Shown here piece by piece: positions 26,001-38,000 of a stretch of 64,000 nt of DNA. The DNA comes from Enoplolaimus lenunculus. Its lineage: Eukaryota. The notes under the pieces are model-generated. The model saw only the letters and a list, made by a program, of their open reading frames with translations, was not told the DNA's origin and did no database searches. A program made the position numbers and the translations under genes. The stretch's first letter is position 1, and each line of letters begins with the position of its first letter. The stretch is taken from positions 186,001-250,000 of the forward strand of contig JASANG010002792.1 of NCBI GenBank assembly GCA_030248215.1. Reading direction: 5' to 3'.

Positions 26001-29000
26001 CTAGGCAATTTATGTATATGTTGAAATTGTATTAAACATCGTTGTGGTCTATCAAATATATTTTTAAACAGCTAAGCCTTAAAAATGAAAATACCACAAA
26101 CAGAGCATTCCGTGCAGGGGTGTTGCCACGATTTTGTATCCGGAGGGTTGCTCACTTTTTAACGAAAAAACTCAATACGTCATTTAAAATATATGTGCAA
26201 CGTAGGATAAAATTACGGTATAAATTAGTACAAGCGGACAATTTCAACCGGATAATAAGTACTTATCCCAATTTCCCAAAGTCTCAATTTCCCGGGTAAT
26301 ATTCCGATTTCGTAAAATCCCAATTTCCCGATTAATAATATCTCAATTTCCCAAAATCCCAATTTCATAAAATCCCAAGCGAAAAAGGTTGCGCCGAAAA
26401 TAGCAATTTCCGGGTAGAATACCAATTTCCCAAAATCCCAGAACAAAAATCGTTGCGCCGAAAATCGCAATTACCCAGCACAATTCTAATTACCCAAAAT
26501 CCCAATTTCCCGGGTAGTATCCCAAGTTCCCAAAATCTCAATTTCCCAAAATCCCGAGTGATCAAGGTTGCGCCCGAAATTGCTTTCCCAAAATCCAAAT
26601 TTCCAGGGTAATATCCCAATTTCTCAACATCCCAATTTACCAAAATCCCGAGTGAACGAGGTTGCGATGAAAATCAGAATTTCCGGGGGTCGGAATAATC
26701 CCAATTTCTCGGATAATAACCGAATTAGTGGAAAAGGTTGCGTCCGAAATCGCTATTTTCTGGCACAATTCTAATTTCCCACAATCCCAATTTCCTGGGT
26801 TATATCCGAATTTCCCAAAATCCCGATTTGCCGGGTAATATCCTAATTTCCTAAATCCAAGTGATCAAGGTTGCGCCGATAATGGCAATTTCCCCTCATC
26901 GACAAAATTCCAATTTTCCAAAATCCCAATTTGCCGAGTTAATATCCTAATTTTCCACAATCCCGAGCTAAAACGATTGTGATAGAATCCTAATTTATCA
27001 AAATCCCAATTTCCCGGATAAATATCCGAATTTCCCAAAATCGGAATTTCCCGGGCAATATCCGCGGATTTTGGGAGGAACGTCTTCAGTGCGCCGGTAG
27101 CTTGGTATATTTTAGTAAAAATTTCCACTATGTATCAAAATTGTGACAAAACCGACTGGAGAAAAATTTATGTTAACCCTTTCTCACATGAATATTTTCT
27201 ATTTCCCCTGACACCTACTTCTATGCTAGGATTCGAACTCCAGTGAGTGGAGTAGGAGGCGTATACCATCACCAATCAGCTATAGGAGCTTGACGCTCGA
27301 GCCCGAGGGGGCTCTCACGTCTTGTGGTTATTAGTACTATGAATACATGTTGCAATTGTTAAAGACGGTGCGATATATATTATTTAACGTATATGCACTG
27401 AGCTGAGTTGCCTATAGGCAACTCAATGTGAGAAGGAGTTAATTTTGCCAAATTTAATGGTTAGTTTATCCGGTTGTTTCCATTTTAAGCGGATATTTTG
27501 CAAAATTTATATGAATGACTATGGCCATATGACCGAGTGTAGTCTTGGGCCCCAAATAATGGCTGAATGTAAAGTTCCACAGTAAAAGGCTTACAATGAT
27601 TCGTCTTTACAGTCTGCCTGGTTAATAACAGCGAACGTGAACGCGTTCGTACCTCAATTTTACTCTATTGCTAGGTATCATTCCGCCAGTCCAACTCTCG
27701 TTCTCATTTGAATATAACAGAAATATATCGATGCGCGCATCTTTGTAATAAACAGTATACTCCAACGAATCGTGCTCCTATAAATGCAACATTTATTTGC
27801 TTAGAATATTTATTTTTTGCAAGCAACCACTGGAAGCGCGAGATTTTAACACGATTCTAATGTAGAGTAAAAGTGGGTGTATCTTAGTTTGTAATTTAAA
27901 AATTATTACTAAAATAGTCCCAACACTAGTGAAAAATCATGTTTTGTGTACTTCTATTGAATACGAAATATTAAACAGTTTAAGCCATCTACAGATATTC
28001 TAACTATCTAACTTGTCCAAGAATCCAATGAGGTTTAAAGTCTCGGCTATCTAATAGTGCTTCGGTTAGTCTTTGATCCCATTGTTGGTACGTCACTGAA
28101 AGATCCATGTCGCTAGTGTACGGTATGAGCCCACATTCTCGGTACCACCCTAAAGCCCTAAAATTTTAATATCACGAAAAAATCGCCACGAGTAAAAGAC
28201 ATATCCTGCAAACGCTGCGTATATTTTTGTAAATGAGAATATTTTACGTAAATGAAAGTTTGCGTGTTTAAATCAATTCATAACCAGTTTAACCCTTTCA
28301 CTCCTGTGTTTAACAGTTATAATATATACGCCGTGCAAAATCTCCACAAGACGTGACAGCCCCCTCGGGCTCGAGCGTCAAGCTCTTATAGCTCAGTGGT
28401 CATCGTAAACGCCTCCCACCTGTGAGACTCTGGATCGAATCTCACCTTGAAATTACATCTCATATGAAATTGAAAATATTCATGTGATAAAGGGTTAATA
28501 GAAAAATTCTTATAGCATCTTTAATACTACTAAAAACCTTCAGCAATCCCGTATAATTCTTGGTATTTTGCGTGATTTTAATATAATAGATAATAATCAC
28601 AGAGACGTATACCTTCGTCGACTGGCTGATTCCTACTTTAGAACAATTAAAATTAGTTCATTGATGAAATTTAGTTGTCATATTTCGGAAATATGAACAG
28701 AGATTTGGCAATGGAATCGGTGCAAATGTAAACATGATATAAACGTGCCCAATAATGTGCCGCTGTTAAGTAATGGTATTATATTGATGGAGTACATCAA
28801 GTCTTGCAATTGAACAAGTCCATTAAATTGTTCATCGGATATCGTTCGTTTTTCCTGTAACTATAACTAGATTTATACTGTTGAATAATTAATGGAGTGA
28901 CGCGAACTAGGGGGTCCTATTTTGAGTCCCAATCAATAGTAGTACGTATCCCTAATAAGAGTCCGTAAGCGGATAGAGTCTAAACCCTAATTAGTGTCCA

Positions 29001-32000
29001 TAACTGTCAATTATCCCTAATTGTAGCGCATAAATGACTGCAAAACCAAATAAAGTTGTGTTCGAAACTTTAAAGCATACTTAAGTTTTGAAAGCACATT
29101 CCTAAGCTATATAACCTTGCATTATCGCTCAAGCTATTGACGCAACACAAACGTTTAATTCAACGGATAGTTAGTTAGTTGTTAGGTCTAAATAAACAAA
29201 AGGCGGCGGAGGGTGGCTTAAAAATATACAACAGTGCGTAACCGAACGACAGGGGTACTCTCTATAGAAGCCAAATCAATATCAGTCCCGCCTCTTAATT
29301 GGGTTACTACAGTAGTTTTGAAAATATCTGGTTTAAATAACAATAAACTAGACGCTGATCATATGAACACGATAGTGTTCATATATATGGTTCGCGCTTC
29401 TCAAGTGCGTATTTTCAGTTTAGTTTGCATGTTGGTACTCAAGTAATAGCAGACCTATTTCCTTTAAATTTTGTACACTGATATACTGGTCCGTCGGGAA
29501 TATCTGTGCCAAAGGATTTGCCAAAAGAGCGTGGCCTTCAGTAGTTACGGGCAAAAAACTCGTTACGGAAAGTGCACGAAATTTTCCATTTTGGTTCAGC
29601 ACTTTTCTCCCGTTAGCTATGTAATTTTACGGTTATAACTTTCACCACTTTATAGAGCTTGTTGGTTTCATCCCAACGGTTGGTTTCACCCCAACTGTCG
29701 GTTTCACCCCAACGGTTGGTTTCACCCCAACAGTCGGTTTCACCGCAACGGTTGGTTTCACCCCAACAGTCGGTTTCACCCCAACGGTTAGTTTCACCCC
29801 AACAGTCGGTTTCACCCCAACGGTTGGTTTCACCCCAACAGTCTGTTTCATCCCAACGGTTCGTTTCACCCCAACAGCCGGTTTCACCCCAACGGTTGGT
29901 ATCACCCCAACGGTTGGTTTCACCCCAACAGTCGGTTTCACCACAACGGTTGCTTTCACCCCAACAGTGGTTTCACCCCAACGGTTGCTTTCACCCCAAC
30001 AGTCGGTTTCACCCCAACGGTTGCTTTCACCCCAACAGTCGGTTTCACCCCAACGGTTGGTTTCACCCCAACAGTCGGTTTCACCCCAACGGTTGGTTTC
30101 ACCCCAACGGTTGGTTTCACCCCAACGGTTGGTTTCACCCCAACGGTTGGTTTCACCTCAACGGTTGGTTTCACCCCAACGGTTGGTTTCACCCCAACGG
30201 TTGGTTTCACCGCAACGGTTGGTTTCACCCCAACAGTCGGTTTCACCCCAACGGTTAGTTTCACACCAACAGTCGGTTTCACCCCAACAGTCGGTTTCAC
30301 CCCAACAGTCGGTTTCACCCCAACGGTTGGTTTCACCCCAACGGTTGGTTTCACCCCAACGGTTGCTTTCACCCCAACGGTTGCTTTCACCCCATCAGTC
30401 GGTTTCATCCCAACGGTTGGTTTCACCCCAACGGTTGGTTTCACCCCAACAGTTGGTTTCACCCCAACGGTTGGTTTCACCCCAACGGTTGGTTTCACCC
30501 CAACGGTTGGTTTCACCCCAACGGTTGGTTTCACCCCAACGGTTGGTTTCACCCCAACGGTTAGTTTCACCCCAACAGTCGGTTTCACCCAAACGGTTGG
30601 TTTCACCCCAACGGTTGGTTTCACCCCAATGGCTGACTTCACCCCAACGGTTGGTTTACCCAACGAACAATGTCACCCCGTGGTTGTTTCGCCCCAATGG
30701 TTGCTTTTATACAAATACGTTGGTTAGGCGCTTGTTGTCAGGATAAAAGTTTCTGTCATGCAAACGATTTATGTCAGTCACACGTTACTAAAAGCACTCT
30801 GCGCACGAGCAACGTCCTACAGTATAGTTAGCTAAATAAATGTCCGCCGCTACTTGAACTATAAAAGCGGACATTTCGATACCGTTGTTCTGATGGAAAA
30901 ATGTCCGCATAGCTATTAATATTTCTAATGTATGTCTGATACAGTGTTTTTATGCGACTTATACAATACTAAATTTTTCAAATTGATTAAAGTTGCATTA
31001 TGTTTTAGCCGACGTAAAACGCATCTTTGGTGCTCTAAATTGAGATGTCAGCATTTAAGATTGAAAAATCCAAAACATTAGTGTAGCCAAGTGCATTAAA
31101 AATTCGATCATTTTTGAGGCCTGACGCCAAATATACCCCAGTCCAGCTCAGACCTGAACTTTTACAAACATTTTAAATGATTTCGCGCATATTACCTACT
31201 TTTAAAATTTGTGGCATATGTTTGAACTAACATTTAAAACTTTAGCTAGCTACACCGTTATTGCCACATAAATTTTGTCCGCACACCGTTGCGCTGAACT
31301 CATGAATGTCCGTTTATTAGCTATGTCGCCAGTGGACAAAACGTAGGACTGATAGACGGTATGGACGTCCATACCTTTCCAGCAGAACAGAGTGGACTTT
31401 ATTTGTGCGCAACCTACAAACGGTAACGTGTGAGTGACGTTATTGAAACTCTGTATTTATTTTAAACAGTCTTCTTATTTTTCATTGTTCAGATTGATGG
31501 ATTAATCAGCAGCTTGGTAAAGGGGTTGAAACTAGAAAAAATTGCTCAGCACTTGAGCAGCATGGAATATGCTTCATATTCCTATTAAAAGGATAGTAAC
31601 TAGACCAGCACATTCGTTCGACGTAACCTGGAAAAATATTAAGAAACAATGGCGTCCAAAATCATGTTGACTATTAATTCTTCTGAAGCATATTGCGGAT
31701 AGCAAAATTTCTGTAATTTTCTTTTTGTAAGAAACAAATGTTTTGCTTAAAATGTGTATTGAAGTTTTCTACAAGAACGTACTAAACTCACCTTTGGCTC
31801 TCTATTAACATAGTTAATTGAATTTCATAACAACACTGTATGGCAACATAATTGGTGAGTTAGATTATTGATAACCAATTTTGTTTTAGATACTTTCTCA
31901 AACAAGGCGTTGTCACAAAATGACTCGCAATTGATGCTTTAAAAACGACTCTTGGCTTTAGCCGACTTTTAACCTTAGCGACAAACAAACAAGTTTACAG

Positions 32001-35000
32001 GTCTACCGAGTTATTTGTTTCACTGCATAGTCACGACTAGAGGCTCAAAATTCTCACCGTATTCTGGCAGCATCGACTAATCTGGCAAAAGCAAAGATCG
32101 CTCTACTTCAGCCATGTCTCTGTAACCCAGCCATTATCTAAGAAATTTCTTAAAATGCCTAATAAATCTGCCAAAAACTTTCAATATAAAAATAGATTTG
32201 CTCTCCGCGATATGTTTCAGAAGAATTAATAGTCAACATGATTTTGGACGCCATTGTTTCTTAATATTTTTCCAGGTTACGTCGAACGAATGTGCTGGTC
32301 TAGTTACTATCCTTTTAATAGGAATATGAAGCATATTCCATGCTGCTCAAGTGCTGAGCAATTTTTTCTAGTTTAAAATTTGTCAAAAACTTCCAAAAAA
32401 GTTAAGAACAGAATCTTTAAACTTAATAAAATTTTGTTTGTTTTCAAAACTTAAAGCATGAAACAGTTCAATTTTAAACAACATACATTCTTTTTGTAAT
32501 GCGTTTCATTCAGCGACAGTGCCAATGTTTCGTTACAATGTAACACGAATGAATATTGAAGAAACTTGGAATATAGAGCAGTACTTTGTGGACCGGCCAC
32601 CATAAGAGTATCGTACTGCAAGAGTGTAACGGTAGGTCTGTAAATATGGTTTATCTAACAAATAAACGAACCCACAAAGGTCACGTTTTTAGATCAATAC
32701 CACATTGGCCATCGGTGTGTGTCCTGCCTCAAGCAACTCTTTTTAACTGGTGATAACTATTCAAACCCCAAATTATGTGCTTTCGGACAGCCCATAACAC
32801 ATATGCAGACCAGTAGCTAGCTCACCTTGCTAGGGGGGCTAAAAAATTGTCAAGAGGGGCTATACAAAGGTTTTCAATGACATACAAGCAAAGTTGAAAA
32901 TTTCCTAGATGGAAGACAGTATATTCCAGGGAGCATGAGCACCCTAGCCCGCATAGCTCCCCCTAACGGTCCCGCACTTACGGAATACAGACTGAGTTTT
33001 TTTATAGAATTGTAGGTTTAGGAGAAAAATTACAATTATTCGTAATTTTTTCTACATTTTATATATTTTTAGCGAGTCAAATTTTTCATGTTTATAATGT
33101 ACGTAAACTTTGCAAAAGTGGATTTCTAACCATAGTCGATAGCCACGCATAAGTAAATGTGCAAATTAAAACAAAGTCAAAAAAGGAACAGCCGGTCAAA
33201 ATCTAATTGCACTCCAATAGCTGTTTTAGAATGCGCTGAACAAACATTGGCGTTTGGGAGCAATAGCTACTAACTAAAGTGAAATAACTGTACACGGTCA
33301 CATCACGAGTTTATGCATTATTTCCATCTTGCTATTAACACCATGTAGTTTCGTTAGCTCATGTATGTAAATGAACCATGCTTTAGCGCCTAAGTCGTTT
33401 TTGTGAATCAATTGCAGGATTATTTATCAGACTGCAAGGCGCGCCAAGACCTAGACTCTGGACACCTACTATACTCGCCACCCGGTAACTCGTAACCCGA
33501 TATTTGGTCGACTACGACAACTTGTCGCTCGTCATCTCGTTGATCCGATTGGTGCTAGCCACGGCATCTGATTGATCGGACCCTTCTGAGCCTAGGTAGG
33601 GCGACAAATTATCGATTCGGCGAGTTGAGAACGATTTGACAATATGTCCGGGATCAACAATATGTCTGGTTACAAATTGTGGTCACAGCAAAGTTTTCAG
33701 CGTGACCATAACCGCCGTTCATGTTCAATTTTACACATTTCCTACCCAGGACCAACTTAGCTTTGTGACAGCCCAATCTACATACCTTAGGGCAGTAAAA
33801 ACTACTGGCCAATCAAACTGGATAAAAATATTTTAAAGGATGGTAAAGGATATAACAATTATTCCGTATGTTTCGCTTTCATTAATTTTTTGTTGTGAAA
33901 TTAGTAACGTACTGTATTGACCCGAATAAAAGAGGGAGGGGTAATGAGAGGGGGGTCCCCATTTTGAGTCCGAATCAATAGGAGTCCGTATCCCTAACAA
34001 GAGTCCGTAAGCGGATTGAGTCCCTAAACCCTAATTAGAGTCCATAAATGTCAATTAGCCCAGCGCATAAATGACTCCAGGACCAAATAATTTGAGTTCG
34101 GAACTTTAAAGCGTACTTAAATTTTGAAAGTACATTCATAAGTGTAAATTGACACAAGACAAATAAACGTATAATTCAACGGATAATTGTAGTACCGGAT
34201 ATGTATCAGTAAAACGAAAAGCGGCGGAGCGTGGTTTAAAAATAAATAACAGTCCGTAACCGAATAACAAGAGGGGTACCCTCTGGAGAGGGCAAATAAG
34301 TATCAGTCCCCCCTCTTATTCGGGTCACTACAGTATGTACGTTTACCAATTTATACTTTTTTGAAACTGTTTTTATGAAAATTATACCTAATTATATTTT
34401 ATATTAATTTTCTTACTCAATATATATTATTGAGACGCTGCTGTTGAAAATCTAAACCTTTGTTTCATCCTAGAGCCGCCACTAGAGCTTTGATCCCATT
34501 CCGTTTCAGTGTTTCTTACTGTTTTTTTCAAATTTAGCAACTATGCTGGGCAATGGGTAAACACTGCAGCTAAAACTATAGCGAAACAGACAACAATTCT
34601 CAGTTCGGGTCAATTTTTATCAATTATTAAAGTTTGGTTTTAATAAAACATCGCTTTTTTAAACTTTTTTTGCGAAAACTATAGCGATTAAACTTTTCTA
34701 TTAATTTTTGTGACTAATATTTCTCAGACGCTATTGAATAATCTTTAAGTTAGATTTGCCCGAGAGACTTCACTAGATTTCTGATCCCACACTGTTTTAT
34801 AGTGTTTCCTACTCTTGTTTTTCAAAGTGGATTGCTATGCTGTTCATGGGTAATCACTGCAGCTAAAGCAATACTAAGACACACAAGAAACCGCGGTTCG
34901 CATCAATTATCAAATATTAAACTTACACTGGTATTAAACCATCTTCACTGTCATGATAATTAATAATTCGCCAGTATTGCTTATTACTTGTATCGATACG

Positions 35001-38000
35001 ATAAATAATTATTTCACTACCATCATTTGTACTTATGTTAACAGAGTCTTCTCCGTATCCAACAGAAACCGACAAATCTTCGCGTAATACTTTTGCTCGT
35101 ACTAATTCAACGATATGCTAAAGACACAAAAACGGCTACATCGGGTGTGTAAAAAAATTTAGGCAACGCTTTTGAGAAGCTGGAATAGCATGAAGAAATA
35201 TGTGTCTGGTTTCTACCAGGCACCTATCACCTTGCTAAAGGGAACTAAAAAATTTTCAGGAGCGGCATGGAAAGGCTTTCGTTTGCTTACAAACAAGGTT
35301 AAAAATTTTTAGGGGGCCCACAATTTTTGGGTCTTTTCCGTTATCCCCCCCACCAGACAGAATTCGCCCAAAAATGGTTGTATTTTGAACATTTTTCCAT
35401 TTGAGCTTCTCAAGACCTCCCCTGAATCCGATTTTTTAGGACCCGAGGTCCACTCCTGAGATCCAAAACAATTTTGGCCAAAAAGTTTGACAAATTATAC
35501 ATCATTCGACACAGTTTGCGGAGCTGAGCCGAATGGTGTTAAATTTTCCTCAATCAGACGTTTGGCTAACGAGCAATTGTTGGCAGTGCGCCACCCTTAG
35601 CCGGCGTTAACCCAGAAATGCTTGCATTTAGAAACTTTTTGCATATTTCAGCTCCTGATGACATTCCCTGATCATTCCATGCCCAAATCTGAATTTTTGA
35701 AAAATTCGATTTATAAAGCCCCAAGTTCAGCACCTTGGGACCCAAAATATTTTCTGACATCAAAGCCTCTCAATTGCTGCAACCTCGCCAGTAAAGCGAG
35801 GTTGAAGCTAGATATATTATTGTGTTAAATCATACGGTAAAAACAATCTTTCAATTTAGACAACCCTAACTTTGGCCGGTTCCACAGTCGACGAAACCTG
35901 GTGAGCGAACCGAAAAACATGCATATGTAGTTTTACATTGAATCTCGGGCATGTGCTGCAATTTTCCCTTCTTTCGGACATATAATGTGTCCTGGTGGAC
36001 ATATACACACGGTCACTGTTAATGTGTTGCATGAAAATTAGTTACATGTCATCTAAAAACGTTATTTTATATCATATTTAGTTGCAAATAATATTAAAGA
36101 ATCGTTTAATATTTTTTCATTTTTTCCATTTCTTTCCCCCCCCCCCCCCCCCCCGGAAACAAAACGGAAAAAAATGGGGAAAATTTTTTTCAATTTATTC
36201 CGGTCAACAACCCTGTCTAGAACAATATAGTGTCTTTAATGTTCGAAATAATATCCGGGACACATAAGTGTTCAGGGGGCGAGATAAAATTGGAAAGTGC
36301 AGATGCTCGTCCGTAGGAGTTGTTCACATCGGTACAGCTTTGTTTTCCTTGTTGATAATAATTTAATTTTTTATATCAATAAGATTCATTTTTGCCAAAT
36401 AATTTATTTAAATGCGCTTTATAGATATACACTTAGCAGCATATTATAATAAACCTTGCATTTACTTTCCCAATAATTTCGACTCGAGGTTCCAGTGTTC
36501 CAAATAAAAACCGACTGGCGTTGCGTTCGCAATGCTTTAAATTTGTCGCGCATCGTAGTAGCATTGGATCCAAAACGAATAAAGGAATGTACACCAGTGA
36601 GGCAAGCACAGGTATCTTATTGTCATCCGCGAAATGAGAGCGATTCATCAGTGGCATATAATAGTGAACGACTTTTCCAATTTGCGTTGAAAAATTAAAC
36701 ATTTCAGTCTAAAATTGTAACATTTGCATATTCTATCGTAAAATAGTTCAAATATTTCTTATTTGAAGCATACAAAACTATACAACCGAATCAACTGCTC
36801 AGAAATAGCCTAAGCCGGAGCCTAAGCATAAGCCTGTGTGGGGAATGTGCACAATAGCCAAAAGTACTTTCTAAATTTTAACGACGGGTCGGGTAATCTT
36901 GAGAAACTTTTAAAGCTGCCACTGGAAGAACGTCTTTAAGCGGACAAAGATAATACTGGAGCGGCTGTGTTTAGTTTTCATCTTTTGCTTGTCCTAAACC
37001 GAAGACGCCAACAGGTCTGACAACGCACAAAACGCAATGAGCAATTTTTGAAACAATAAACATTTGAGTCTTAGAGACTCCCGACATACGTATATTTATC
37101 TTGAAACCATGTTTAAGTTTCGAAATTTTTCCAAAACGTAATATTAATTTTTCAGACTTGAAAGATTGAAATTGAACACTTAATTTCATAGAGGGTTAAA
37201 AGAATTAAGTAAATTCGTTTGCACGTTATTAAATCAGAAAACCAACTCTAACAAGCAGCCCCTTAAAAGGGGCAGGGAGACGGGGCACGCATATGGACAC
37301 GTGACAACAGAGGATGGTGTTCTTATAAAAGTCTTCAAATTTTAGTAGTAGTGCTTCGTTTGTAAAAACTGTAGTATTCATAGTAAGTCATACGCTAACA
37401 CAGATTTTCGAAAATTTTTTGAAATTCGATTAACTTGCAAAACGCGACCTAAACATTAAAAGCATACACAGAAAGTGCGTTATTCTGATCATACCATTGA
37501 GAATAACTGCAAATTCGCATTGCGATGTTGTTTTTGCTGATTATCATAAACCGAATATACAGATCCAAACCAATAAACAGTTACAATAATAAATGCTAAA
37601 GTACACAGCACCCCATAGCGTCGTAGGTTTTTGTCTAAAACAACAAGTTGTAAAATGTCAACTGGTGTGTAGCACACCACCTATCATCAACATTTGCGAA
37701 CAGGTACATTTCGAGGATTACCATTCGATGGTTTGAGAGTTATACGACATTTTGCCAGTTGGTTAAAGGTGATATACACATTTTAGAATATGGTGGATGG
37801 AGCATAGTTAATTTTAAAGCACGGTTTATGCTTATAACTGTACGTTTCGAAATTGCTCATTTTGATCAATGAAGCAAGCTTATGCGAAGTTACACAGTGA
37901 ATTAGCTATTTTCTGACATATTAATTGGGATTTTTAATCCTCATCGGAGACGGATTCAGAATTTTTTGCCGATGGGGCGGTCTGGCGGATGGAAAACAAG

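Noticed and set aside
26225..27128. LGFWEI-type repetitive ORFs
   Set aside because: Translations of the satellite of about 35 bp.
29420..29617. Minus-strand ORF as an extra fukutin-like exon
   Set aside because: The available splice sites are phase 1, while the host intron (32486-28855) is phase 0, and the protein is already full length.
29661..30700. Possible CRISPR array
   Set aside because: Units are contiguous with no unique spacers, the context is eukaryotic and there are no cas genes.
29642..30746. Long ORFs (up to 259 aa) of SPQRLV / VKPTVG repeats, with CDK-like SPxR motifs
   Set aside because: By-product of an 18-bp minisatellite inside an intron. It is open on both strands, has an internal frameshift near 29967 and has no convincing splice sites.
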